NCBI GenBank assembly: GCA_964016885.1
Contig: OZ024741.1
Span: 210,986,001 to 211,050,000, forward strand
DNA: 64,000 nt
From: Eledone cirrhosa
Taxonomy: Eukaryota
Direction: 5' to 3'
Shown here: in pieces, positions 1 to 14,800 of the stretch
Layout of the letters: each line of letters begins with the position of its first letter
How positions within the stretch are numbered: position 1 is the first letter of the stretch
The notes under the pieces: generated by a model
What the model was told of the DNA's origin: nothing
What the model saw: only the letters and a program-made list of their open reading frames with translations
Database searches by the model: none
Position numbers and translations under genes: made by a program

Positions 1-1089
1 TCTCAGCCATAGTCCACCTATCTCAGCCACAGTCCACTGTCTCATCCTCAGTCAACCTATCTCAGCCTCAGTCCACTGTCTCAGTCTCAGTCCACTGTCT
101 CAGCCACAGTCCACTGTCTCAGCCTCAGTACACCTATCTCAGCCACAGTCCACTGTCTCAGCCTCAGTACACCTATCTCAGTCTCAGTCCACTGTCTCAG
201 CCACAGTCCACTGTCTCAGCCACAATCCACCTAACTCAGCCAGAGTCCACTGTCTCAGCCACAGTCCACTGTCTCAGCCTCAGTCCACTGTGTCAGCCTC
301 AGTCCACCTATCTCAGCCACAGTCCACCTATCTCAGCCACAGTCCACTGTCTCAGCCTCAGTCCACCTATCTCAGCCACAGTCCACCTATCTCAGTCTCA
401 GTCCACCTACCTCAGCCTCAGTCCACCTATCTCAGCCACAGTCCACGTATCTCAGCCACAGTCCACTATCTCAGCCTCAGTCCACTGTCTCAGTCTCAGT
501 CCACAGTCTCAGCCACAGTCCACTGTCTCAGCCACAGTCCACCTATCTCAGCCACAGTCCACTGTCTCAGCTTCAGTCCACCTATCTCAGCCACAGTCCA
601 CCTATCTCAGCCACAGTCCACTGTCTCAGCCTCAGTCCACCTATCTCAGCCACAGTCCACCTATCTCAGCCACAGTCCACTGTCTCAGCCACAGTCCATT
701 GTCTCAGCCTCAGTCCACTGTCTCAGCCTCAGTACACCTATCTCAGCCACAGTCCACTGTCTCAGCCTCAGTCCACCTATCTCAGCCACAGTCCACCTAT
801 CTCAGCGACAGTCCACTGTCTCAGCCACAGTCCACTGTCTCAGCCTCAGTCCACTGTCTCAGCCTCAGTCCACCTATCTCAGCCACAGTCCACTGTCTCA
901 GCCACAGTCCACTGTCTCAGCCTCAGTTCACTGTCTCAGCCACAGTCCACTGTCTCAGCTACAGTCCACTGTCTGAGCCACAGTCCATTGTCTCAGCCTC
1001 AGTCCACTGTCTCAGCCTCAGTACACCTATCTCAGCCACAGTCCACTGTCTCAGCCTCAGTCCACCTATCTCAGCCACAGTCCACCTAT

Positions 1090-4000
1090 CTCAGCCAGAG
1101 TCCACTGTCTCAGCCACAGTCCATTGTCTCAGCCTCAGTCCACTGTCTCATCCTCAGTACACCTATCACAGCCACAGTCCACTGTCTCAGCCTCAGTCCA
1201 CCTATCTCAGCCACAGTCCACCTATCTCAGCCACAGTCCACTGTCTCAGCCACAGTCCATTGTCTCAGCCTCAGTCCACCGTCTCAGCCTCAGTACACCT
1301 ATCTCAGCCACAGTCCACTGTCTCAGCCACAATCCACCTATCTCAGCCAGAGTCCACCGTCTCAGCCACAGTCCACTGTCTCAGCCACAGTCCACTGTCT
1401 CAGTCTCATTCCACTGTCTCAGCCTCAGTCCACCTATCTCAGTCTCAGTCCACTGTCTCTGCCTCAGTCCACCTATCTCAGTCACAGTCCACTGTCTCAG
1501 CCACAGTCCACTGTCTCAGCCACAGTCCACCTATCTCAGCCACAGTCCACCTATCTCAGCCACAGTCCACTTATCTCAGTCTCAGTCCACTGTCTCAGCC
1601 ACAGTCCACTGTCTCAGCCTCAGTCCACTGTCTTAGCCTCAGTCCACCTATCTCAGTCTCAGTTCACTGTCTCAGCCACAGTCCACTGTCTCTATCTCGG
1701 TCCACCTATCTCAGCCACAGTCCACTGTCTCAGCCACAGTCCACTGTCTCAGCCACAGTCCACTGTCTCAGCTACAGTCCACTGTCTCAGCCACAGTCCA
1801 CTGTCTCAGCCTCAGTCCACTGTCTCAGCCACAGTCCACTTATCTCAGCCTCAGTCCACTGTCTCAGTCTCAGTCCACCTATCTCAGCCACAGTCCACTT
1901 ATCTCAGCCACAGTCCACTGTCTCAGCCTCAGTCCACTGTCTCAGCCACAGTCCACTGTCTCAGCCACAGTCCACTTATCTCAGTCTCAGTCCACTGTCT
2001 CAGCCACAGTCCACTGTCTCATCCTCAGTCCACCTATCTCAGCCACAGTCCACAGTCTCAGCCTCAGTCCACCTACCTCAGCCTCAGTCCACCTATCTCA
2101 GCCACAGTCCACGTATCTCAGCCACAGTCCACTGTCTCAGCATCAGTCCACTGTCTCAGCCACAGTCCACTGTCTCAGCCTCAATACACCTATCTCAGCC
2201 ACAGTCCACTGTCTCAGCCACAGTCCACTGTCTCAGCCTCAGTCCACTGTCTCAGCCACAGTCCACCTATCTCAGCCACAGTCCACTGTCTCAGCCACAG
2301 TCCACCTATCTCAGCCTCAGTCCACTGTCTCAGTCTCAGTCCACTGTCTCAGCCACAGTCCACTGTCTCAGCCTCAGTCCACCTATCTCAGCCACAGTCC
2401 ACTTATCTCAGTCTCAGTCCACTGTCTCATCCTCAGTCAACCTATCTCAGCCACAGTCCACTGTCTCAGCCTCAGTCCACTGTCTCAGCCACAGTCCACA
2501 GTCTCAGCCTCAGTCCACCTATCTCAGTCTCAGTCCACCTATCTCAGTCTCAGTCCACCTATCTCAGCTTCAGTCCACCTATCTCAGCCACAGTCCACCA
2601 ATCTCAGCCTCAGTCCACTGTCTCAGTCTCAGTCCACTGTCTCAGCCACAGTCCACTGTCTCAGCCACAGACCACTTATCTCAGTCTCAGTCCACCTATC
2701 TCAGTCTCAGTCCACCTATCTCAGCCTCAGTCCACCTATCTCAGCCACAGTCCACCTATCTCAGCCACAGTCCACTGTCTCATCCTCAGTCAACCTATCT
2801 CAGCCACAGTCCACAGTCTCAGCCTCAGTCCACCTATCTCAGCCACAGTCTCACTGTCTCAGCCTCAGTCCACTCTCTCAGCCACAGTCCACTTATGTCA
2901 GTCTCAGTCCACTGTCTCAGCCACAGTCCACTGTCTCAGCCTCAGTCCACTGTCTCAGCCACAGTCCACAGTCTCAGCCTCAGTCCACCTATCTCAGTCT
3001 CAGTCCACCTATCTCAGTCTCAGTCCACCTATCTCAGCTTCAGTCCACCTCTCTCAGCCACAGTCCACCTATCTCAGCCTCAGTCCACTGTCTCAGTCTC
3101 AGTCCACTCTCTCAGCCACAGTCCACTGTCTCAGCCACAGTCCACCTATCTCAGCCTCAGTCCACTGTCTCAGTCTCAGTCCACTGTCTCAGCCACAGTC
3201 CACCTATCTCAGCCACAGTCCACCTATCTCAGCCACAGACCACTTATCTCAGTCTCAGTCCACCTATCTCAGTCTCAGTCCACTGTCTCAGCCTCAGTCC
3301 ACCTATCTCAGTCACAGTCCACCTATCTCAGTCTCAGTCCACTGTCTCAGCCACAGACCACTTATCTCAGTCTCAGTCCACCTATCTCAGCCTCAGTCCA
3401 CCTATCTCAGCCACAGTCCACCTATCTCAGCCACAGTCCACTGTCTCATCCTCAGTCAACCTATCTCAGCCACAGTCCACAGTCTCAGCCTCAGTCCACC
3501 TATCTCAGTCTCAGTCCACCTACCTCAGCCTCAGTCCACCTATCTCAGCCATAGTCCACCTATCTCAGCCACAGTCCACTGTCTCATCCTCAGTCAACCT
3601 ATCTCAGCCACAGTCCACAGTCTCAGCCTCAGTCCACTGTCTCAGTCTCAGTCCACTGTCTCAGCCACAGTCCACTGTCTCAGCCTCAGTACACCTATCT
3701 CAGCCACAGTCCACTGTCTCAGCCTCAGTACACCTATCTCAGTCTCAGTCCACTGTCTCAGCCACAGTCCGCTGTCTCAGCCACAATCCACCTAACTCAG
3801 CCAGAGTCCACTGTCTCAGCCACAGTCCACTGTCTCAGCCTCAGTCCACTGTCTCAGCCTCAGTCCACCTATCTCAGCCACAGTCCACCTATCTCAGCCA
3901 CAGTCCACTGTCTCAGCCTCAGTCCACCTATCTCAGCCACAGTCCACCTATCTCAGTCTCAGTCCACCTACCTCAGCCTCAGTCCACCTATCTCAGCCTC

Positions 4001-7000
4001 AGTCCACCTATCTCAGCCACAGTCCACCTATCTCAGCCACAGTGCACTGTCTCATCCTCAGTCAACCTATCTCAGCCACAGTCCACAGTCTCAGCCTCAG
4101 TCCACCTATCTCAGTCTCAGTCCACCTATCTCAGCCACAGTCCACTGTCTCAGCCACAGTCCATTGTCTCAGCCTCAGTCCACTGTCTCATCCTCAGTAC
4201 ACCTATCACAGCCACAGTCCACTGTCTCAGCCTCAGTCCACCTATCTCAGCCACAGTCCACCTATCTCAGCCACAGTCCACTGTCTCAGCCACAGTCCAT
4301 TGTCTCAGCCTCAGTCCACCGTCTCAGCCTCAGTACACCTATCTCAGCCACAGTCCACTGTCTCAGCCACAATCCACCTATCTCAGCCAGAGTCCACCGT
4401 CTCAGCCACAGTCCACTGTCTCAGCCACAGTCCACTGTCTCAGTCTCATTCCACTGTCTCAGCCTCAGTCCACCTATCTCAGTCTCAGTCCACTGTCTCT
4501 GCCTCAGTCCACCTATCTCAGTCACAGTCCACTGTCTCAGCCACAGTCCACTGTCTCAGCCACAGTCCACCTATCTCAGCCACAGTCCACCTATCTCAGC
4601 CACAGTCCACTTATCTCAGTCTCAGTCCACTGTCTCAGCCACAGTCCACTGTCTCAGCCTCAGTCCACTGTCTTAGCCTCAGTCCACCTATCTCAGTCTC
4701 AGTTCACTGTCTCAGCCACAGTCCACTGTCTCTATCTCGGTCCACCTATCTCAGCCACAGTCCACTGTCTCAGCCACAGTCCACTGTCTCAGCCACAGTC
4801 CACTGTCTCAGCTACAGTCCACTGTCTCAGCCACAGTCCACTGTCTCAGCCTCAGTCCACTGTCTCAGCCACAGTCCACTTATCTCAGCCTCAGTCCACT
4901 GTCTCAGTCTCAGTCCACCTATCTCAGCCACAGTCCACTTATCTCAGCCACAGTCCACTGTCTCAGCCTCAGTCCACTGTCTCAGCCACAGTCCACTGTC
5001 TCAGCCACAGACCACTTATCTCAGTCTCAGTCCACCTATCTCAGCCACAGTCCACTTATCTCAGTCTCAGTCCACTGTCTCAGCCACAGTCCACTGTCTC
5101 ATCCTCAGTCCACCTATCTCAGCCACAGTCCACAGTCTCAGCCTCAGTCCACCTACCTCAGCCTCAGTCCACCTATCTCAGCCACAGTCCACGTATCTCA
5201 GCCACAGTCCACTGTCTCAGCCTCAGTCCACTGTCTCAGCCACAGTCCACTGTCTCAGCCTCAATACACCTATCTCAGCCACAGTCCACTGTCTCAGCCA
5301 CAGTCCACTGTCTCAGCCTCAGTCCACTGTCTCAGCCACAGTCCACCTATCTCAGCCACAGTCCACTGTCTCAGCCACAGTCCACCTATCTCAGCCTCAG
5401 TCCACTGTCTCAGTCTCAGTCCACTGTCTCAGCCACAGTCCACTGTCTCAGCCTCAGTCCACCTATCTCAGCCACAGTCCACTTATCTCAGTCTCAGTCC
5501 ACTGTCTCATCCTCAGTCAACCTATCTCAGCCACAGTCCACTGTCTCAGCCTCAGTCCACTGTCTCAGCCACAGTCCACAGTCTCAGCCTCAGTCCACCT
5601 ATCTCAGTCTCAGTCCACCTATCTCAGTCTCAGTCCACCTATCTCAGCTTCAGTCCACCTATCTCAGCCACAGTCCACCAATCTCAGCCTCAGTCCACTG
5701 TCTCAGTCTCAGTCCACTGTCTCAGCCACAGTCCACTGTCTCAGCCACAGACCACTTATCTCAGTCTCAGTCCACCTATCTCAGTCTCAGTCCACCTATC
5801 TCAGCCTCAGTCCACCTATCTCAGCCACAGTCCACCTATCTCAGCCACAGTCCACTGTCTCATCCTCAGTCAACCTATCTCAGCCACAGTCCACAGTCTC
5901 AGCCTCAGTCCACCTATCTCAGCCACAGTCTCACTGTCTCAGCCTCAGTCCACTCTCTCAGCCACAGTCCACTTATGTCAGTCTCAGTCCACTGTCTCAG
6001 CCTCAGTCCACTGTCTCAGCCACAGTCCACAGTCTCAGCCTCAGTCCACCTATCTCAGTCTCAGTCCACCTATCTCAGTCTCAGTCCACCTATCTCAGCT
6101 TCAGTCCACCTCTCTCAGCCACAGTCCACCTATCTCAGCCTCAGTCCACTGTCTCAGTCTCAGTCCACTCTCTCAGCCACAGTCCACTGTCTCAGCCACA
6201 GTCCACCTATCTCAGCCTCAGTCCACTGTCTCAGTCTCAGTCCACTGTCTCAGCCACAGTCCACCTATCTCAGCCACAGTCCACCTATCTCAGCCACAGA
6301 CCACTTATCTCAGTCTCAGTCCACCTATCTCAGTCTCAGTCCACTGTCTCAGCCTCAGTCCACCTATCTCAGTCACAGTCCACCTATCTCAGTCTCAGTC
6401 CACTGTCTCAGCCACAGACCACTTATCTCAGTCTCAGTCCACCTATCTCAGCCTCAGTCCACCTATCTCAGCCACAGTCCACCTATCTCAGCCACAGTCC
6501 ACTGTCTCATCCTCAGTCAACCTATCTCAGCCACAGTCCACAGTCTCAGCCTCAGTCCACCTATCTCAGTCTCAGTCCACCTACCTCAGCCTCAGTCCAC
6601 CTATCTCAGCCATAGTCCACCTATCTCAGCCACAGTCCACTGTCTCATCCTCAGTCAACCTATCTCAGCCACAGTCCACAGTCTCAGCCTCAGTCCACTG
6701 TCTCAGTCTCAGTCCACTGTCTCAGCCACAGTCCACTGTCTCAGCCTCAGTACACCTATCTCAGCCACAGTCCACTGTCTCAGCCTCAGTACACCTATCT
6801 CAGTCTCAGTCCACTGTCTCAGCCACAGTCCGCTGTCTCAGCCACAATCCACCTAACTCAGCCAGAGTCCACTGTCTCAGCCACAGTCCACTGTCTCAGC
6901 CTCAGTCCACTGTCTCAGCCTCAGTCCACCTATCTCAGCCACAGTCCACCTATCTCAGCCACAGTCCACTGTCTCAGCCTCAGTCCACCTATCTCAGCCA

Positions 7001-7190
7001 CAGTCCACCTATCTCAGTCTCAGTCCACCTACCTCAGCCTCAGTCCACCTATCTCAGCCTCAGTCCACCTATCTCAGCCACAGTCCACCTATCTCAGCCA
7101 CAGTGCACTGTCTCATCCTCAGTCAACCTATCTCAGCCACAGTCCACAGTCTCAGCCTCAGTCCACCTATCTCAGTCTCAGTCCACCTAC
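1090..7190 (+). repeat. Higher-order tandem duplication, unit about 3.04-3.08 kb (about 1090-4130 and 4130-7190)
   Basis: Landmark offsets are tctatctcgg 1691->4731 and ORF starts 1124->4164 (3040), the ATG of cttatg 2895->5975 (3080), and ORF ends 3554->6615 and 3795->6856 (3061). The offset changes by whole monomers (+40, then -19). Confidence 0.9.
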
Positions 7191-7209
7191 CTCAGCCTCA
7201 GTCCACCTA

Positions 7210-8300
7210 TCTCAGCCATAGTCCACCTATCTCAGCCACAGTCCACTGTCTCATCCTCAGTCAACCTATCTCAGCCTCAGTCCACTGTCTCAGTCTCAGT
7301 CCACTGTCTCAGCCACAGTCCACTGTCTCAGCCTCAGTACACCTATCTCAGCCACAGTCCACTGTCTCAGCCTCAGTACACCTATCTCAGTCTCAGTCCA
7401 CTGTCTCAGCCACAGTCCACTGTCTCAGCCACAATCCACCTAACTCAGCCAGAGTCCACTGTCTCAGCCACAGTCCACTGTCTCAGCCTCAGTCCACTGT
7501 GTCAGCCTCAGTCCACCTATCTCAGCCACAGTCCACCTATCTCAGCCACAGTCCACTGTCTCAGCCTCAGTCCACCTATCTCAGCCACAGTCCACCTATC
7601 TCAGTCTCAGTCCACCTACCTCAGCCTCAGTCCACCTATCTCAGCCACAGTCCACGTATCTCAGCCACAGTCCACTATCTCAGCCTCAGTCCACTGTCTC
7701 AGTCTCAGTCCACAGTCTCAGCCACAGTCCACTGTCTCAGCCACAGTCCACCTATCTCAGCCACAGTCCACTGTCTCAGCCTCAGTCCACCTATCTCAGC
7801 CACAGTCCACCTATCTCAGCCACAGTCCACTGTCTCAGCCTCAGTCCACCTATCTCAGCCACAGTCCACCTATCTCAGCCACAGTCCACTGTCTCAGCCA
7901 CAGTCCATTGTCTCAGCCTCAGTCCACTGTCTCAGCCTCAGTACACCTATCTCAGCCACAGTCCACTGTCTCAGCCTCAGTCCACCTATCTCAGCCACAG
8001 TCCACCTATCTCAGCCACAGTCCACTGTCTCAGCCACAGTCCACTGTCTCAGCCTCAGTCCACTGTCTCAGCCTCAGTCCACCTATCTCAGCCACAGTCC
8101 ACTGTCTCAGCCACAGTCCACTGTCTCAGCCTCAGTTCACTGTCTCAGCCACAGTCCACTGTCTCAGCTACAGTCCACTGTCTGAGCCACAGTCCATTGT
8201 CTCAGCCTCAGTCCACTGTCTCAGCCTCAGTACACCTATCTCAGCCACAGTCCACTGTCTCAGCCTCAGTCCACCTATCTCAGCCACAGTCCACCTATCT
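7210..8300 (+). repeat. Dispersed copy of positions about 1-1090 (offset 7209)
   Basis: ORF landmarks 699->7908, 976->8185 and 988->8197 all differ by 7209, and both copies carry the rare ctgtgtcag variant. Confidence 0.85.
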
Positions 8301-8809
8301 CAGCCACAGACCACTTATCTCAGTCTCAGTCCACCTATCTCAGTCTCAGTCCACTGTCTCAGCCTCAGTCCACCTATCTCAGTCACAGTCCACTTATCTC
8401 AGTCTCAGTCCACTGTCTCAGCCACAGACCACTTATCTCAGTCTCAGTCCACCTATCTCAGTCTCAGTCCACCTATCTCAGCCTCAGTCCACCTATCTCA
8501 GCCACAGTCCACCTATCTCAGCCACAGTCCACTGTCTCATCCTCAGTCAACCTATCTCAGCCACAGTCCACAGTCTCAGCCTCAGTTCACCTATCTCAGC
8601 CACAGTCTCACTGTCTCAGCCTCAGTCCACTCTCTCAGCCACAGTCCACTTATGTCAGTCTCAGTCCACTGTCTCAGCCACAGTCCACTGTCTCAGCCTC
8701 AGTCCACTGTCTCAGCCACAGTCCACAGTCTCAGCCTCAGTCCACCTATCTCAGTCTCAGTCCACCTATTTCAGTCTCAGTCCACCTATCTCAGCTTCAG
8801 TCCACCTCT

Positions 8810-11800
8810 CTCAGCCACAGTCCACCTATCTCAGCCTCAGTCCACTGTCTCAGTCTCAGTCCACTCTCTCAGCCACAGTCCACTGTCTCAGCCACAGTCC
8901 ACCTATCTCAGCCTCAGTCCACTGTCTCAGTCTCAGTCCACTGTCTCAGCCACAGTCCACCTATCTCAGCCACAGTCCACCTATCTCAGCCACAGACCAC
9001 TTATCTCAGTCTCAGTCCACCTATCTCAGTCTCAGTCCACTGTCTCAGCCTCAGTCCACCTATCTCAGTCACAGTCCACCTATCTCAGTCTCAGTCCACT
9101 GTCTCAGCCACAGACCACTTATCTCAGTCTCAGTCCACCTATCTCAGCCTCAGTCCACCTATCTCAGCCACAGTCCACCTATCTCAGCCACAGTCCACTG
9201 TCTCATCCTCAGTCAACCTATCTCAGCCACAGTCCACAGTCTCAGCCTCAGTCCACCTATCTCAGTCTCAGTCCACCTACCTCAGCCTCAGTCCACCTAT
9301 CTCAGCCATAGTCCACCTATCTCAGCCACAGTCCACTGTCTCATCCTCAGTCAACCTATCTCAGCCACAGTCCACAGTCTCAGCCTCAGTCCACTGTCTC
9401 AGTCTCAGTCCACTGTCTCAGCCACAGTCCACTGTCTCAGCCTCAGTACACCTATCTCAGCCACACTCCACTGTCTCAGCCTCAGTACACCTATCTCAGT
9501 CTCAGTCCACTGTCTCAGCCACAGTCCACTGTCTCAGCCACAATCCACCTAACTCAGCCAGAGTCCACTGTCTCAGCCACAGTCCACTGTCTCAGCCTCA
9601 GTCCACTGTCTCAGCCTCAGTCCACCTATCTCAGCCACAGTCCACCTATCTCAGCCACAGTCCACTGTCTCAGCCTCAGTCCACCTATCTCAGCCACAGT
9701 CCACCTATCTCAGTCTCAGTCCACCTACCTCAGCCTCAGTCCACCTATCTCAGCCTCAGTTCACCTATCTCAGCCACAGTCCACCTATCTCAGCCACAGT
9801 GCACTGTCTCATCCTCAGTCAACCTATCTTAGCCACAGTCCACAGTCTCAGCCTCAGTCCACCTATCTCAGTCTCAGTCTACCTACCTCAGCCTCAGTCC
9901 ACCTATCTCAGCCATAGTCCACCTATCTCAGCCACAGTCCACTGTCTCATCCTCAGTCAACCTATCTCAGCCTCAGTCCACTGTCTCAGTCTCAGTCCAC
10001 TGTCTCAGCCACAGTCCACTGTCTCAGCCTCAGTACACCTATCTCAGCCACAGTCCACTGTCTCAGCCTCAGTACACCTATCTCAGCTTCAGTCCACCTC
10101 TCTCAGCCACAGTCCACCTATCTCAGCCTCAGTCCACTGTCTCAGTCTCAGTCCACTCTCTCAGCCACAGTCCACTGTCTCAGCCACAGTCCACCTATCT
10201 CAGCCTCAGTCCACTGTCTCAGTCTCAGTCCACTGTCTCAGCCACAGTCCACCTATCTCAGCCACAGTCCACCTATCTCAGCCACAGACCACTTATCTCA
10301 GTCTCAGTCCACCTATCTCAGTCTCAGTCCACAGTCTCAGCCTCAGTCCACCTATCTCAGTCACAGTCCACCTATCTCAGTCTCAGTCCACTGTCTCAGC
10401 CACAGACCACTTATCTCAGTCTCAGTCCACCTATCTCAGCCTCAGTCCACCTATCTCAGCCACAGTCCACCTATCTCAGCCACAGTCCACTGTCTCATCC
10501 TCAGTCAACCTATCTCAGCCACAGTCCACAGTCTCAGCCTCAGTCCACCTATCTCAGTCTCAGTCCACCTACCTCAGCCTCAGTCCACCTATCTCAGCCA
10601 TAGTCCACGTATCTCAGCCACAGTCCACTGTCTCATCCTCAGTCAACCTATCTCAGCCACAGTCCACAGTCTCAGCCTCAGTCCACTGTCTCAGTCTCAG
10701 TCCACTGTCTCAGCCACAGTCCACTGTCTCAGCCTCAGTACACCTATCTCAGCCACAGTCCACTGTCTCAGCCTCAGTACACCTATCTCAGTCTCAGTCC
10801 ACTGTCTCAGCCACAGTCCACTGTCTCAGCCACAATCCACCTAACTCAGCCAGAGTCCACTGTCTCAGCCACAGTCCACTGTCTCAGCCTCAGTCCACTG
10901 TCTCAGCCTCAGTCCACCTATCTCAGCCACAGTCCACCTATCTCAGCCACAGTCCACTGTCTCAGCCTCAGTCCACCTATCTCAGCCACAGTCCACCTAT
11001 CTCAGTCTCAGTCCACCTACCTCAGCCTCAGTCCACCTATCTCAGCCTCAGTCCACCTATCTCAGCCACAGTCCACCTATCTCAGCCACAGTGCACTGTC
11101 TCATCCTCAGTCAACCTATCTCAGCCACAGTCCACAGTCTCAGCCTCAGTCCACCTATCTCAGTCTCAGTCCACCTACCTCAGCCTCAGTCCACCTATCT
11201 CAGCCATAGTCCACCTATCTCAGCCACAGTCCACTGTCTCATCCTCAGTCAACCTATCTCAGCCTCAGTCCACTGTCTCAGTCTCAGTCCACTGTCTCAG
11301 CCACGGTCCACTGTCTCAGCCTCAGTACACCTATCTCAGCCACAGTCCACTGTCTCAGCCTCAGTACACCTATCTCAGTCTCAGTCCACTGTCTCAGCCA
11401 CAGTCCACTGTCTCAGCCACAATCCACCTAACTCAGCCAGAGTCCACTGTCTCAGCCACAGTCCACTGTCTCAGCCTCAGTCCAGTGTCAGCCTCAGTCC
11501 ACCTATCTCAGCCACAGTCCACCTATCTCAGCCACAGTCCACTGTCTCAGCCTGAGTCCACCTATCTCAGCCACAGTCCACCTATCTCAGTCTCAGTCCA
11601 CCTACCTCAGCCTCAGTCCACCTATCTCAGCCACAGTCCACGTATCTCAGCCACAGTCCACTATCTCAGCCTCAGTCCACTGTCTCAGTCTCAGTCCACA
11701 GTCTCAGCCACAGTCCACTGTCTCAGCCACAGTCCACCTATCTCAGCCACAGTCCACTGTCTCAGCCTCAGTCCACCTATCTCAGCCACAGTCCACCTAT

Positions 11801-14800
11801 CTCAGCCACAGTCCACTGTCTCAGCCTCAGTCCACCTATCTCAGCCACAGTCCACCTATCTCAGCCACAGTCCACTGTCTCAGCCACAGTCCATTGTCTC
11901 AGCCTCAGTCCACTGTCTCAGCCTCAGTACACCTATCTCAGCCACAGTCCACTGTCTCAGCCTCAGTCCACCTATCTCAGCCACAGTCCACCTATCTCAG
12001 CCACAGTCCACTGTCTCAACCACAGTCCACTGTCTCAGCCTCAGTCCACTGTCTCAGCCTCAGTCCACCTATCTCAGCCACAGTCCACTGTCTCAGCCAC
12101 AGTCCACTGTCTCAGCCTCAGTTCACTGTCTCAGCCACAGTCCACTGTCTCAGCTACAGTCCACTGTCTGAGCCACAGTCCATTGTCTCAGCCTCAGTCC
12201 ACTGTCTCAGCCTCAGTACACCTATCTCAGCCACAGTCCACTGTCTCAGCCTCAGTCCACCTATCTCAGCCACAGTCCACCTATCTCAGCCACAGACCAC
12301 TTATCTCAGTCTCAGTCCACCTATCTCAGTCTCAGTCCACTGTCTCAGCCTCAGTCCACCTATCTCAGTCACAGTCCACCTATCTCAGTCTCAGTCCACT
12401 GTCTCAGCCACAGACCACTAATCTCAGTCTCAGTCCACCTATCTCAGTCTCAGTCCACCTATCTCAGCCTCAGTCCAACTATCTCAGCCACAGTCCACCT
12501 ATCTCAGCCACAGTCCACTGTCTCATCCTCAGTCAACCTATCTCAGCCACAGTCCACAGTCTCAGCCTCAGTCCACCTATCTCAGCCACAGTCTCACTGT
12601 CTCAGCCTCAGTCCACTCTCTCAGCCACAGTCCACTTATGTCAGTCTCAGTCCACTGTCTCAGCCACAGTCCAATGTCTCAGCCTCAGTCCACTGTCTCA
12701 GCCACAGTCCACAGTCTCAGCCTCAGTCCACCTATCTCAGTCTCAGTCCACCTATCTCAGTCTCAGTCCACCTATCTCAGCTTCAGTCCACCTCTCTCAG
12801 CCACAGTCCACCTATCTCAGCCTCAGTCCACTGTCTCAGTCTCAGTCCACTCTCTCAGCCACAGTCCACTGTCTCAGCCACAGTCCACCTATCTCAGCCT
12901 CAGTCCACTGTCTCAGTCTCAGTCCACTGTCTCAGCCACAGTCCACCTATCTCAGCCACAGTCCACCTATCTCAGCCACAGACCACTTATCTCAGTCTCA
13001 GTCCACCTATCTCAGTCTCAGTCCACTGTCTCAGCCTCAGTCCACCTATCTCAGTCACAGTCCACCTATCTCAGTCTCAGTCCACTGTCTCAGCCACAGA
13101 CCACTTATCTCAGTCTCAGTCCACCTATCTCAGCCTCAGTCCACCTATCTCAGCCACAGTCCACCTATCTCAGCCACAGTCCACTGTCTCATCCTCAGTC
13201 AACCTATCTCAGCCACAGTCCACAGTCTCAGCCTCAGTCCACCTATCTCAGTCTCAGTCCACCTACCTCAGCCTCAGTCCACCTATCTCAGCCATAGTCC
13301 ACCTATCTCAGCCACAGTCCACTGTCTCATCCTCAGTCAACCTATCTCAGCCACAGTCCACAGTCTCAGCCTCAGTCCACTGTCTCAGTCTCAGTCCACT
13401 GTCTCAGCCACAGTCCACTGTCTCAGCCTCAGTACACCTATCTCAGCCACAGTCCACTGTCTCAGCCTCAGTACACCTATCTCAGTCTCAGTCCACTGTC
13501 TCAGCCACAGTCCACTGTCTCAGCCACAATCCACCTAACTCAGCCAGAGTCCACTGTCTCAGCCACAGTCCACTGTCTCAGCCTCAGTCCACTGTCTCAG
13601 CCTCAGTCCACCTATCTCAGCCACAGTCCACCTATCTCAGCCACAGTCCACTGTCTCAGCCTCAGTCCACCTATCTCAGCCACAGTCCACCTATCTCAGT
13701 CTCAGTCCACCTACCTCAGCCTCAGTCCACCTATCTCAGCCTCATTCCACCTATCTCAGCCACAGTCCACCTATCTCAGCCACAGTGCACTGTCTCATCC
13801 TCAGTCAACCTATCTCAGCCACAGTCCACAGTCTCAGCCTCAGTCCACCTATCTCAGTCTCAGTCCACCTACCTCAGCCTCAGTCCACCTATCTCAGCCA
13901 TAGTCCACCTATCTCAGCCACAGTCCACTGTCTCATCCTCAGTCAACCTATCTCAGCCTCAGTCCACTGTCTCAGTCTCAGTCCACTGTCTCAGCCACGG
14001 TCCACTGTCTCAGCCTCAGTACACCTATCTCAGCCACAGTCCACTGTCTCAGCCTCAGTACACCTATCTCAGTCTCAGTCCACTGTCTCAGCCACAGTCC
14101 ACTGTCTCAGCCACAATCCACCTAACTCAGCCAGAGTCCACTGTCTCAGCCACAGTCCACTGTCTCAGCCTCAGTCCAGTGTCAGCCTCAGTCCACCTAT
14201 CTCAGCCACAGTCCACCTATCTCAGCCACAGTCCACTGTCTCAGCCTGAGTCCACCTATCTCAGCCACAGTCCACCTATCTCAGTCTCAGTCCACCTACC
14301 TCAGCCTCAGTCCACCTATCTCAGCCACAGTCCACGTATCTCAGCCACAGTCCACTATCTCAGCCTCAGTCCACTGTCTCAGTCTCAGTCCACAGTCTCA
14401 GCCACAGTCCACTGTCTCAGCCACAGTCCACCTATCTCAGCCACAGTCCACTGTCTCAGCCTCAGTCCACCTATCTCAGCCACAGTCCACCTATCTCAGC
14501 CACAGTCCACTGTCTCAGCCTCAGTCCACCTATCTCAGCCACAGTCCACCTATCTCAGCCACAGTCCACTGTCTCAGCCACAGTCCATTGTCTCAGCCTC
14601 AGTCCACTGTCTCAGCCTCAGTACACCTATCTCAGCCACAGTCCACTGTCTCAGCCTCAGTCCACCTATCTCAGCCACAGTCCACCTATCTCAGCCACAG
14701 TCCACTGTCTCAACCACAGTCCACTGTCTCAGCCTCAGTCCACTGTCTCAGCCACAGTCCACCTATCTCAGCCTCAGTCCACTGTCTCAGTCTCAGTCCA